Below, in pieces: positions 1 through 12,984 of a DNA stretch of 64,000 bases. Below the pieces are notes generated by a model. The model saw only the letters and a program-made list of their open reading frames with translations, did not search any database and had not been told where the DNA came from. The position numbers and the translations under genes are program-made. Within the stretch, counting starts at the first letter, position 1. The number at the start of each line of letters is the position of its first letter. This DNA comes from Eutreptiella sp. 'Long Island Sound 2002'. Its lineage: Eukaryota; Protista; Euglenida. Location: positions 183,210,001 to 183,274,000 of the forward strand of contig OZ038378.1 in assembly GCA_964036045.1 (NCBI GenBank), given 5' to 3'.

Positions 1-2269
1 GGCGAGCTGTGGCTCAGAGCCTGAAAAGAATTCCAAAAACCTGGTGAAAATGTTCACTCCGCCCTCCTTCGCCTTCAATGAACAATACGCCCGGGGGCCT
101 TGTCTAAGAAGCGCCCGAGTTCAAAACGAAGTACGGTCCCTCCAGCGGTGGAGCAGTCCTTGCATGCGACACAAAACACTTCTCTGCCTGGCTCAAAAAC
201 ATGTGGTTGCAGTGGTAACAAGACCCACAGGGGCAGATGTGGAAAGAACTCGCCGATGCATAGGACGGTCCTCTTGGCGCAACAAAAAAACGTGGCGGAC
301 TCTGGCACATCTGGTCCTCAACAGTGCACCGGCTGGTCAGGATCTGCTGTTGGTTGCCGTCTGTGATGGGCCCCAAGCAAGGGCCGTTGCCACTACAAAC
401 AGACCATGCCTCTACGGGGCTACAATGCCGGTCCACATGCGAAGAATATCCGATGCGCAGTGTACTCTGTTTCTGTATCTTGACTCAGAACTCCCACAAA
501 GCTCAGAACCTCCACAAAGCAGGTTACCGAACCACAGTGAGCTCACAAACGAGAATTGTTTCGCACGAATCTTGCACAAATGCAACTGGCTGTATCCACA
601 TGGCCCAGGGTCTTGAATGGCTGATGAGAAAAGCTTGGCCCTTGGCTTCGAAACCTGGTTCTGCTATATCTGACATGCATATGTTCTTCCCGCACACACA
701 AAACCTGTGTGCTTCACACAAAAACAAACAAGTTCAACCACCACTTCCCAAGGAGGTTGCACCGACTATCAGAGCACATCGTCGTCAGCCACGACTACAT
801 GCAGAGCCTGAGTCTGGTGCCGCCTTTACAAGGATAAACCAAGGTCATCACGCTTCTGAACAGAGATTCACAAAACCACCGATGGGCGGGAATTGTTTTA
901 AAGGGGAGGGGGGGTCTTGCACCACATGAAAAACAACTTGTGTGGTCTATTGATGGCATCCATGTGATCAGAACTTGTGTAGGAGGGGGCAAGAGAAAAG
1001 ATGTTTGGTGGTTGTTGAGGGGTTTGGCCGACACAGTGGACACAGTTGTTATGGAGCCACCTGATGGGTGCACGGTGCGCAGTGCACACTTTTCACTCTT
1101 TTGCACCACTTTCATCCCCTTTGCCCCCACTTTGACACCAACAATGGCTTTGGCTGTGGCACTATGTTTGACTGGTTGGGTGGTCTCTGCAGGCCTAGTG
1201 CTTTGATAGTCACACTGCAGGTCAGACGGGATGGCCTTTGGAATACATGGCGTCCAAAGTCTACCGAAAAAAGGCGAGCTGAGTGACGGTGAGCCCGTTG
1301 GCAGATTGCAACCAAGGTTTGCAAAGAGGACGGGGGGATTGCCGGGGAGGAAGGATTCACAGGCGACTCCTGGGTAATTGCTCAAAGAACCAGTGTCGTG
1401 GAGTGCATGGAGTAAGTCCCCTTTGCAGACTGGCTACACCTGATACAAAATTGGTTGCAGTGGGCATTGCTACACCAAAAGGCATCCCAAAGCCTAAAAT
1501 TGCATCGAAACTGAGAACGCGGAAGCGGAACAGAACAGACATGAAAACAGCACAGAACGGACGAGAAACTAGGGAACAGGCATTTGCAATGATGACAATA
1601 CTGTACAGCCCAAGGTCTTCCAAGGGGCGTCGTTTGCTTGGGTAATACAACTTTGGGTTCCAATTTCTGCCCAGGCGGATTTTTTTTGGGGGTCTGTAAC
1701 ATCCGCCTGAGCAGAATATCCCCCCCCCCCCCCAAATTGAACTGTCAGCTGAAGCTTGCTCTGCTAGGCAGTGCCCTGTCGCCTCTGAGATGGCGTGCCA
1801 ACCTTAGGGGGTCCTAAGGGGAAGGGGTGTACAACCGCAAGCACGGGCCATGTTGGCCCGCCTCCCCCCTTGGGCGTGCACGTCCGTCAGCGATCCAGCG
1901 GTGCAGCCTCCCTCCTCCTGCTCCCTGCCTTCCCTTCCCCCCCGACACCCTCCCTTGCAGTACCAATAGTACAAGGGCTACCAAGGACAGTGCAGTGTAT
2001 ATGTATGTGTGTTGTATGTGTGTACGTGCGTGTGTCAATTTATGGGTATACAATATACAGTGCCTCTACTACAGTACCTCCCTCCCCTCCTCCCTTGCAT
2101 GTCAGTTGGCGGTCCGACGGTGCTGGCCCCTCCTTCCCTGCACGCCACTTGGCGATCCAACGGTGCATCGCTTCCCTGCTGTGTGTGTCCCTCCCTGCTC
2201 CCCTCCCGTTCCTGCTCCCTCCTGCATGATGTTGCTTTTCTTCCAAGCCCCCCAAGCAGCCGAGTCTTC

Positions 2270-3500
2270 CCCACCTGTTGGTGGGGGGAGTCGGTTGCCC
2301 CAACACGGGGAACTGGGACCCCGCTGGTTCCCAGGAGGTGGTTCTCCCTTCCTTGCCACTCCACTTTTTATACCAAGGCCAGCCACAACTGTTCACTGCC
2401 GGCCGTGTGGCTGAGCGGTTATCGAATCCTTCCTTTCCCCTCATCAACAGTACTGTAAGTAACAGGGTGTCCAGTGAGCGCACCGTATGTATTGTATGTA
2501 TTTGTGTGTTGTGAGTGTGTGTGTGCACGTGTGTATGTATGCATGCATGTATATATTCCAGCCCGACCCTACTTACCAACGACTGAGTTGCTGAGTATGA
2601 GGTATGTGTGTATGTATGTATTGTGTGTCAGGGTGACACATGTACCTTACTGCACGACCCCCATACTCCTTTTCAATCCCTCTCCCTTTCTCTTTCTTTC
2701 TACAAGCTGCAACGATATCCTCCCCCGGGCGATGGGGGAGGGCTTGACAGTGCTGCCATGGGGATCCGGGACCTCATCGGTTCCCGGCAGGTGGTCCGCC
2801 CTTCCTAACCCCCCCCCCCCCCTAGTGCCACAATCGGTTGCACCGACAAAGGGAACTGGGACCCCGCTGGTTCCCAGTAGGTGGTCCACCCTTCCCCGCC
2901 CCTTCTAGGCTTGTAGCCCTGCCAACCCCCACTATCGACCGCCGGCTGAGTGGCCGAGCGGTCAACCCCCTATGCTGCCGAGTGGTCAACGGGGGTTCAA
3001 ATCCCATTTCCTCCCTCCTCTCTACAACACCAAAGGTGAAAGGGTACCGGTGAGTGTAATGTAGGAAAGTATGTATCTACGTGTGTCGATGTATTGTATG
3101 TATCTGCGTGTGTCTATGTGTTGTATGTATATGCGTGTGTCTATGTGTTGTATGTAAATGTGTGTGTCTATGTGTTTGCGTATCTGTGTGTTTGCGAATG
3201 TGTGCATGGACATGTGTATATGTATCTGTATGTATGCATGTAACCCTAGATACATTATGCCTCCCACGCCCTATCCCACAACCCTTGTTCACGCCGTTTC
3301 TTCCCTTTAGGTTCAGATACCCCCCTCCAGAGGAAGGGGGAGTCGGCGACCCCGACACGGGGAGCTGGGACCCCGCCGGTACACGGCGGGTATGCCTCCT
3401 ATCTCCCTCCACTTCGCCATGTGTTCCACAACCTGCCCTTACTACCCGCCGACTGAGTAGTATTTATTTTTGTATTTGTGTGTTAGGGTGACACATGCAC
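2270..3500 (+). repeat. Three related copies of a short repeat (GGGAACTGGGACCCCGCTGGTTCCCAG ... GGGTGACACATG) with (TGTA/TG)n tails
   Basis: Core motif at ~2307, ~2850 and ~3360; GGGTGACACATG at ~2631 and ~3487. Confidence 0.7.
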
Positions 3501-4559
3501 TTTACTAGGTCTTCACCCCCCCCCCCCCCTATGCAGCACTCCTCCTTCCCAACACGGACAGCAGCACATGCACGACTGCACTAGGAGGGCCCCGCCCGCC
3601 GGCCGCGTGGTTGGGGTGTGTGTGAGGTGCGCCTGCGCCCGGCTTCCCCGGAGGGGCAACCCGTGGGCCCATAAGGCCCTCTTCGGTGCGGGAAGGATAG
3701 CCCAAAGCTCAAAAGCCCCCCCAAATTGAAACAACAGCGCGGGCATCCTGGCACAGCCCACACATGACAGGTTGAAAATGGGAGCTTTTGCTACAAATGG
3801 CCTTATTCTTGCCTATACAGACCATACTACACCCCCAATGTTGGACAACCCCAAAAGGAATCTTCAACTCTACTATGCATGACCTACGAACAATGAACGA
3901 TTCAATACACAGCAAACCCCAGCACCATGCCCAAAATGGCACATCCTTGACTCAAGGCACCACATGCGCGAGACTTGAAGATCGATGACAAGATCATTGG
4001 TGGCACCAATAGTGTAGTTGTGCGTACTGGTTTCAACGTTGTACTCCACAACGCTCAGAAACAATCACCGAAGAAAGTAGTAGTGCTGGTCGGCTAACAT
4101 GGAAAAATTGGCAGTGTTGCCGATCAAAATAGGGTTCACGTTGCTAGACTGTCTGGTGTTGTCCCCGGGAAAGAGAGACGATATGGCATTGCCGATAGTA
4201 ACACCCTCCCGAGCAAACACAACCAAGGCCTCTTGGGTTTCCTTTAGTTGCATTTGGGATGGCATGACTCCAATAAGAAGGTCTACATAGCAAGAGGTAG
4301 GCTCATTGTTATTGGTACTAGGCACTACCATGCTTTTGTTTTTTGGACTGATTCCAGGAGTTCAAAGAGTACTCTAGACGGTGCCTGGGAAAGTGGGCAA
4401 CTCCAGCCTATGATACAGTGGATCCCCAACGCGGGGCACATGGCAAACACCCAGAGTTCGCATGTGTACACCAGAGGGCTCTCTAATGCAGTAGGCAACC
4501 GCCACGCCATATGGCAAACCTATAATGTGTAACAATAAAGGGGGGAGAAAAGAAATGCT

Positions 4560-7500
4560 AGATCACGTGTGTGCCAGTCCCCACACATCCTCAAGGGTGA
4601 CAAGCTTTTGTCGCTTTCCACGGGCCATGTGCGGTGGCGGGCGTTGGCCGAGGATGCCGGGCCTTGTCTGGCACTGGCGCTTAGGCAGAAGTGACTCCAC
4701 CAGGCAAGCAACGCGCTCAGATGCCCACAATTGGCTCATCACGGAAAAGAGCTCAACCCGTCGGTTATGCCTCTGGTAGTGCCAGTCTGTGGAGGTTGTC
4801 CACACTCTGGCACGTCGCAAGAGGGAGTGCCAGTGCCACCATTGCCGCACCACATCATCTAGGGTGTCGCAGTATGAATCTAGCAGTGAGGCATCGAGAA
4901 CGGCACACTGATGCACAAACCAAGGCTGGGCCAGATCCTGCATCAATGAGGCCACCTGCTGTGCCTCTGGGTTTGCGGCAGTGGAACAGAGGCCTTGGTT
5001 GAGATATTTCGCTGCCCATGACTTCGTGTGGTACGACTGCAGCCGGTCCCATGCGCGCACCGCTCTGCGATGGGATGCCTCTTGAGAGAGAGAGAGAGAG
5101 AGAGCTCTCTCCCTGGACCCTGTATACCCTACTTGATTGCGGAGGACAGAGTCCATGGGGTTGGGCTGTACGGCTCGTGGGCAAAGCTTTGTGTACCAAG
5201 CCGGCACCGCTGTGGACGGCGTGGGTGGCACTTGTGGGTCGCGAGGGGGCATGATGAGTTGGCCGTGCCGTTGGCATACACCATGTAGGGTGTGGTACTA
5301 GTGCTAGGCCACACACTAGCTGAGGTCTGCCCGCAATGCTTGAGGGATGTGGTCCCATAGGGACCATGGAATGCGAATGCTGGACACATGGTGCAGGTCC
5401 GCCGCCAACGCCCTGTGTCACCATTCAGTTACCGTATCTTGCCACGGTCCCCAGGTGCTAAGCCACATGTTGCGAAATGCGACTTTCCAACGCATGCGGT
5501 GTATGAGGCGTTTGTGGACAGTGGTACCGTGATGGAGGGGACAGAGGGGACATTTGGGGGTGGTGTGGTCACCCTTACTGTCCCATCGTACCTGGCCCGA
5601 GAGCCATTTAACCCAGAGCATGCGTCGGTCCCCGCACATCGGCAGCTAAGGATACCCAGTGCGCACCATCGAAAGTGCACATGCCTCCGCTGGAGGATCC
5701 ATTTTCGCGCCGGAGTGGGGGTGGGCCCACCGCATATCGCAATATCTTCGGCACCCTGGGGGATCGTAATAAGGCACCGGTAGGCGCATGGCTATCTTGA
5801 CGAGCAAGTCTACTTCCCCGTTGCGCCAAATTTGTTCGCGTTCCTGTGCGCTGCGGGCCTCCGTCTCAAGGCGGTGGCTGGCGATCCACTCCGCGGTGAC
5901 GCGTCTGTGTGGCACTTGGTCGCACACTTTGTGGCGGATGTCGGTGTCGGAACATTCGTGCGTGGGTCGGTAGTGAGCGCATTTTGTGACGGCCATGTAG
6001 GAATGCCGTGGGCCCGCCACCCGGGTGAGGATGCAAAGAGGCCCTTTTGTCACTACGGCGCCCGCCGCCTGGTATTCCGAGCCTGCAATCTCAACTGTTT
6101 GAAGGTTACCGTCGGAGTATAGGGACGTTCTGGCTGGCGGTTGCTGGTTTGAGTAGCACAATATGCCCGCGATGGTGATAGGGTGGTATCCCACGGGCAC
6201 TGTGCCCGCCGAGGGGTCTTCGTGGCACCGGTGTGGGGCAGTGTAGTGGCGCGTGTGGAGGGCATCCCCCACCTGTTCTTTGCGGGCTGTCAGGAGGACG
6301 CCGTCATTGGAGCTTTCACTGTCAAGGGGTTGGCCCCCCCGGTTGGTCGCGGCAAAAGTGCTAGGTGAAGTGCGTTGCGAGCACCCAGCTGTGTGAGTAT
6401 AGCCGGGTAGTTGCGGATAGGCACCGGTTGGGAGGGTAGTTCTTTGCTCAGGTCGCAGCCAATGGATCCCGGATGTGAGCATAACGTGTTCTGTACCATT
6501 GTGATGAAGCGTGCCCTGTGGGCCCAAAAGAGTTGGTGCAACCCCAATCCACCCAAGCGGTGGGGGGAAGTGGCATAGAGTATGTTGTACGTCGGCCTTG
6601 TTGAGTTCCATGCCCTCCGCCATAAGCAAGAACCGCAAGCAGATGGAGTCCATAGCTTTGAACATGGAGTCGTTGGGGAGGAACAAGGTGCGGTACGTCC
6701 ACCGTGGGATCAAGATGGTGTTCAGCAGCCGCACCCGCTCGAACGCGTTCGGTGGCAGGCATTGGTATCAAGCCAGATCAGATGGGCCGTCCCCACAAAG
6801 TCATCATGTGCCTTTTGTTTCCAGGTCGGATGTGCCAAAAGGTGACCGAGGTAGTGGAAGATAGGGGGCTATAGCGGCAATCGCGTATCGCCCCACGTGA
6901 CAGCGTCCCTGGTTGGGGACTCTCTTCGCGCCACACCCTGACGGTGGGAGGGCGGGGCCCAACGGTACATTTGAAGGGTTCATCTTGAGGCCCAGTATGG
7001 CAAACAACTGACTGGCACGCTCCAAAAGGTGTTGCATCTCACGTTGGTTCGGGGGGATGATGGCGATGTTGTCCACATAGGCCAGCATGGTGCTGTTGGG
7101 AAATTCCCAAGTGTGAGTCTGGTGGAAGGCCTCATACACCAAAATCATACAACAAAATAGACTCATGACAGGGGGCAGCCCTCCTTGATGCCGCAGCGTA
7201 ACGGAAAACGGACGTCTCTGTACACCCCCGTGCTGTGTGCGTAGATACTGGCCACCATGTTGTAGATGCGGGCCGGGGTTCCAAACAGCTGGAGTCCGTA
7301 GGTGAGGCACTCATGGGGCATGCTGGGGTAAGCTTTTGCGAAATCTAGGAGGCATACCAACGCCCTGTCCCCACTTTGGTGTAGAAACATCGACATGCGG
7401 AGGGCTTGTTGCGAGGTCGTATAGCCTCCCCTACTTTGTGCTTGGGGGTTGGAGAGTGCCGCATCGATGGGCCCTCGCATGGTGTCCACTATGAGCCGGG

Positions 7501-9180
7501 CTAGAATGGAGTACTCCCCCGTGGCTACGCCGATGGACCGGTAACTACGGGCCGTCTCAAGGGGGGCGGACTTGTAGATCACGGCTATTCTGGTTTACAT
7601 CCAATGGTGCGGCACGTCACTGCTTTTCCACACGCGGTGCACTGCTATGTAAGGGTCCCACTACAATTCCCTCGGCAACCACTGGTGCAGGTGTGGTGCC
7701 ACATAGTCCATGCTTTCCGCCTTGTTCTTGGGCCGGCGTAGCGCTTTTGTGAAAGATTGCCAGGAGGGAGGATCGGGGCTTACTGGTCGACCTTGTTTTG
7801 AGACTTGTGACAGAAGAGCCTTGGCCTCTTCCGGTCTAATGGAAGATGTTCCGCGGTGGAGGTCGTGTCGGGTTGCGGGCTAGTCATGCGGAAGGGGGTG
7901 ATCAGCCACCACTTTAGGGCATTGAAGAAAGTAGAGCGGCCGTGTACCACGCATTTACGGAAGCGTCTCAGGTGTCATTGGGCCAGTTTCATATTATTGG
8001 TCGCCCTGTCATGTGCCCAATCTTTTTGGGCCCTCCTGGAGATAGGGTTGCGGTGTAGTTTGTCAGCTAGTTGTTGTTCGACAAGGTCCTAAACTGGCTA
8101 AGGGAGGGGGTGTGGTTGTACAAAGCTGGACAGTGCGGCAATGATGGCGTCCGCCCTATCTAGCGGGTGCATGATGTGATCTTGGTTAGTTGAGTGTGCC
8201 TCGGACCATTGGAACATGTGGAGCCAAAACTTGCGGAATAACGAGGAAGGCCAGTGGGACACACTGCCAATGACCGGCGGTGGCACCGGCCGCGGCCCCA
8301 ATGGATTTGTCACTGTGACTCTGACCGCTTTGTGGTCACCCGCATGGGGAAAATCGATGGTGTCTGCAGAGATGCCGGGTTCAATGTCCCATGCCGCAGG
8401 GGAAAACAGGATAATGTCCAGGCGGCGGCCCTGGCAATGTGTCGCTAGATTTTGAGGGCCAGTGCTAGGCGCATGTGCCAGCGTCGGGTCCAGCAAGTCT
8501 CCGGATTCGAGGAGTGGGTGCGAGTACCTAGTTGGCTAGGAAGGGCGTCCCCAGATGCAATCGTTAAAGTCTCCCATAAGGATGCCCAAGTCCGGCAATT
8601 GTGCCAGCCATTCATCCAGCTTTTCACGTTGGTCCTGTGAAAATGGCCCGTGGATGTCAATGACAAACGGTGTGTGGCTGAGGAGAGCGAGTTTGATGGC
8701 ACGGGTCTAGCGCCCCATGGAGGGTAGCTTGGAAACGTCTGTGAAAATAAAGTTGTGGACGAGGAATAGTGTGTTATTGGTACTGGGCACTAAGTACAAA
8801 CTTTGTGCGCAGCGCGCGCACAGTACGCAAGACGCCCCTAGCAAAACACTTCTTGTTGTTCTGACAAAAGGCACTGTTTGTGGACACCCTAAGTAGACAC
8901 AAGCGCCGCCTCAGCACCTAGTCCTTGTGTGATGACCCGTGCGCCTAGACCCAAACATGTGGCATCAAGCGGCAAGACAGTGATCGGCATCCCCAAAACA
9001 CTGTTCCCAGCCCCAATCAGTAGAAAATATTTGATCTTCATGGACAACCAGAAAAGGGAGCTACCGAATTCCACGGTTCCAGAGGTTGCAGAAGCAACAC
9101 CTCGTGTTGTTTTGTCTGGGGCGTTGTTCTCCCAAGGAGGCGGGGGGTATAGGTATAGCATTGTGTGAGTGGCTTTCAAT
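4560..9180 (-). mobile_element. Degenerate non-LTR retrotransposon (APE endonuclease, RT, RNase H)
   Basis: Frameshifted ORFs: ILMGDFNDCIW and RLDIILFS..GDHKAV (APE); CLLDFAKAYPSM, GIKEGCPLS and LAYVDNIAII (RT); LIPRWTY..LG; LYSDG..SY..WIASH..NGEVDLLVK (RNase H-like). Multiple stops; boundaries approximate. Confidence 0.85.
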
Positions 9181-11189
9181 CAAACCTTCATCAAAGGAAG
9201 CGGGGGGAGTTTGTCTTGGGGCACTAATTGTGTATTAGCTCCTAGGGCAGTGTAGCTCCATGTCATCAATCATCGTTTCGTATTAACGCTCTGCAAAGCC
9301 GGTTTCGTGTGGAGACTCGGAAGCAATTGCACACACGCTGATCAAAGTGCACATCGTGATTCACGATCACGTGCGCGCCACAATGTGAGGTGCAACTGGC
9401 GCCCTGGGCCGTCCACGCACAATCCACCACCAGCTCCGGGAGCTAATGGCCAAGTTGTTAGGGAGGAAGGAAGGAAACCACTCTGCATTTATGCAGGTGT
9501 CACAAGGGTCTTCATATCCTTGGTGGTTGGTGGGCGTGGCCAAGTGCAATCTGCTATTGCATGAGTGTGTTGGAAGATGGTGGCATCCTTGTGGGGACAT
9601 AGGCATTTTGCCTTGACCTGATTGGGGCCCGCTTGTAGCAATATGCAGCACTATGGGGGCCGTTACTGATAAGCCATGGTATTGATTTGCAATGATGTGA
9701 AAGTGCGGATGCAAGGTTCAAGTGCTGGCTCATGAAGAGAATCCACAAAGGACATTGTTTCCGTAGAGATAGCAAGGCAATGGCCATGAAGGTTGTAATT
9801 TGCTTAGGAGTGTGTAACAACCCACTTGCCGATTTGTTGCATTGTGAATGTGCACGACGTCCGGTGATTCCCATCATCATAATCCACAACCCACCCATAA
9901 CAAAGAACGTGCAGCATAACTGGGTGACAATGGGCGAAAACACTGAAAGTAGGTGAAAATGGGTGGCAATTCAAATGTGCCACATCCTCAATGCACAAGA
10001 AGCGCAAAAAACCGTGTTGTGGAACAACAAACTTGTGAAAAATGGCCAAAACTAGGGTTCAAATAATTGCCAACATACAAAACTATGCACTGCGTGCATG
10101 GTATTCCCAATGTATGCTTAGCCCCGCAGCTACCCCCAGGGAAGTATTCAGACGCAATCATGATTCCACTGCAACAGTTCGAAAGTCTTTGAGATGCTAT
10201 GTATAGGATGCATACATCTATGAACATAAAGGTGACTCATAGTTATATGGGCGTGAGGCAGAAAACCAAACATAACGATCTAGTGGCGGGCGTCATGGTG
10301 AAGCGACAGCCCTATAATATACTCGCCGTCTACATGCATAAAACTACCGTCCTACTCAGGATCTGTCGGTAAACCCCGGCACTCATTCGGCCATACAATT
10401 GCTGAGTCCTAAGCTATGTCGTGTGTGTAGTGTGTAGGCTCAAAATGGGGTTGCTGCTGATGGCTGGCACTGTGCAGTGCAGGGGGCAATCCAGGCGCAG
10501 TATAGTGCTGGGGGGCACAAGCAGGTCTCTGTGTGAAGGAGCCGTGGACTTCGCTTCCGTGGTAACTGTATTTGGACCGCGGCGACAAGATATGCCTGGC
10601 TGTAGCTTGCTGGGGGCTGGCTGCCCATAGGATAAGTTTGTGGCCACATACTGCAGCGGCTGTGCAGCCGGCCGCTACCCTGAAGACGCCGGTTTAAATC
10701 CCCAAGAGGGGAATACGAGGAGGAGATGCGGCACCCGTCGGCCGGCGGTGCCGGTGGCGGGGCGCGCTGCTACAAGTATGCGGTGCATGGTGCCTTATTT
10801 TCTACATGCTATGAATCTGGACAAAAACTGCGAAGCCAAAAAACTACGAGGACGAGACACGCCACGGTACCGATGGTGGAGGGGGATGCTGAAGGGGGCG
10901 GTGGCGGGGACCTCGCCAACGGGCCCCTGGACGGCCGGAGGAACCGGGGTTCGAACCCCCGACGACGACGATTGCCAATCCATGGCGCATACTACTAGAC
11001 CGTCCATGCCTCTTGTGTAAAATAGCGTGAAAATGTTACAAATCCAGCGGATTGATCCCTCAGGGGGGAGCAAAACTGTTAACAAATGAGGATATGTCAC
11101 CTACGTGTGACGGCCAAAGCAGGGAGGACAACCGCAGGAAGTTCACGTAAAGCCCGGAGCTCACATGTAGTGCTAGGAGGGGCCCAGCC

Positions 11190-12040
11190 CCTGTGGTTTA
11201 TGTGGGCCCATTGTGCCCAATAGTGTGCAGTTCACACGAACAGTCCGTAGAGCAGCTACAGTCACTATGGACAATGTCACGTGGGGACTCAGGCATGGGC
11301 TGCATGCCCAGAGCATCCCACAGTGCATGCGTGCTATCGCGCGGTACGAAGGCCAGCTCGGGGGACAGAATGGCAAAGAATGAAAAATCTGAGATTTTGG
11401 GTAGTAGTGGCGTGTGGGGGGCATCCGCGAGGGGATCATGCTTGGCCTTTTTCACATTAGGGGTGGCGGGTGTGGTGATGACTTACAGTGCCGGTGTGGC
11501 CTTTGTAGGAAAAAGTGGGTGGGACATGCGTCCCACTTTTGAGAGTCTGTCGGCCTCCTCATTGCTAGGGACGTCGACGTGTGACCGCACCTTGACCCAG
11601 AGGATTTCCCTGTCGGGGTTGGATAATTCGTGCAGGAGGGTTTGCCAGAGGTTGACACAGGCCGCTTTGCCGCTGGATCCCCTCCAGCCTCGGCATTGCC
11701 ACCTTTTGGCCGCCCCCTGGGCACCGACTAGGACATACTCAGAGTCTGTGCAAATGGCTATTCTGGTGTTGGATACAATTTGAAGTGCTCGGACAGCTGC
11801 GTAGAGCTCTGCCGCATTATTGGTTTGGCGGAGATGCAATGGCACATAGTTGGTCACTCGTATGCCACTTTCCGTGGCCATACCATATCCAGCTATGCGA
11901 CCGACTCCGGGCAGATCTTCTAAGGAGCCGTCGGTAAAAATTAGCAGATATCTCTGTGCCCGGAGCTCGGCAAGTTCCGTGTACAGTTCCTCCGCTCTCT
12001 GCAGCTTACGCAAATGTCGGTTTGTGGAGCGTAATTGTGC
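11190..12040 (-). mobile_element. 5'-truncated retroelement fragment with intact RNase HI domain
   Basis: ORF 11483..12013: IFTDGS, TNNAAEL, CTDSEYV, WQCRGW..NLW, KVRSH..NEEADRL; all four acidic catalytic residues are present. No upstream exon found; a downstream frameshifted tail follows. Confidence 0.75.
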
Positions 12041-12788
12041 CGCCGTGGGGGGTGGTGCAGTGGTGGGAAGTATTTAGGGAAGAGGGGCAGGCTGGGACCC
12101 AAAAGCTTGCACACCAAAAACTGGCCCGACAAGAATTTTTCTGTTGTAAATTTCGTTTTTTCCCACTATGGTCATTTTGGTCTGGGGTGTGTGGACCCAC
12201 GGCTCCTATGGTGTACAACCATTCTCATACTTCCCTGGCTACACCCTCCCCCCCCGCTGATGGACCTGCGTGCATCCGCATGTGTGTGTTTTGTGTATTG
12301 TACGTTTAATGGCTGTGATGGGCGTTGGATTCCCCACGTTTGACCAAAAGCCACAACAAGTCTGGTCGAGTCCTAGGTCCGAAACATGATGGGTTCCCTC
12401 TTTGATATTGGAAGATACCGCCCAGTACAGCAACAATTTGGACTGCAATCGACTCGTGTGCTCCTCCACTGCTACTCGCCTTCAGTGCCGATGCGGCTGC
12501 AGGGGCGCGCAACAGAGAAAGCTACCTGACAGTCCACACCAACCACGGCAATGGGGTCGGGGTAGGGGTAGGCGTGGGAGTCATGCAGCCATTGGCTCCT
12601 GCCGGTGCGCCTCAACAAGGTCCCCCATGGGATTGTGTGGAGTATTCCAACCCACCCTGTATCTGGGGATCAGGGGGTGGTACAGGATGTGCCAAGGGTG
12701 CCTTCAATCACGCTCAATGAGCTCTAGTGTCGGTGGACTCCCCCCTTGCTCTTCAAGCTGCACATCACCCCACCCCACTCCCCACCTC

Positions 12789-12963
12789 TGATATTTTGTC
12801 GATTGGGCCTTTTTTGGGCTGCGTAGCTAGTGGCGAGGCTCGTTGGGATCATGGTTTTTGAGAAAATGTGATATTTTGTTTTGCTACAGTGTTCGTAATC
12901 TGTTTTGGCATTTGCATCCTTGCTATTTCCACATTCTTGTACTAGCTCGCAAGTCAAATTGCC
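12789..12963 (+). repeat. Young dispersed ~175-bp repeat, second copy at 57656-57829
   Basis: Near-identical sequence (one substitution over the first ~150 bp). Confidence 0.9.
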
Positions 12964-12984
12964 TGTTGCAGACAGCAACACAAC

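Noticed and set aside
1-1800. ORFs of 190-201 aa at the window start
   Set aside because: No motifs or exon signals; most likely decayed repeat sequence.
3709-3942. RLE-like word IVELKIPF downstream of the APE-LINE (would imply a dual-endonuclease element)
   Set aside because: No upstream PD motif or downstream K..KY, and the region is full of stops; too weak without a profile search.
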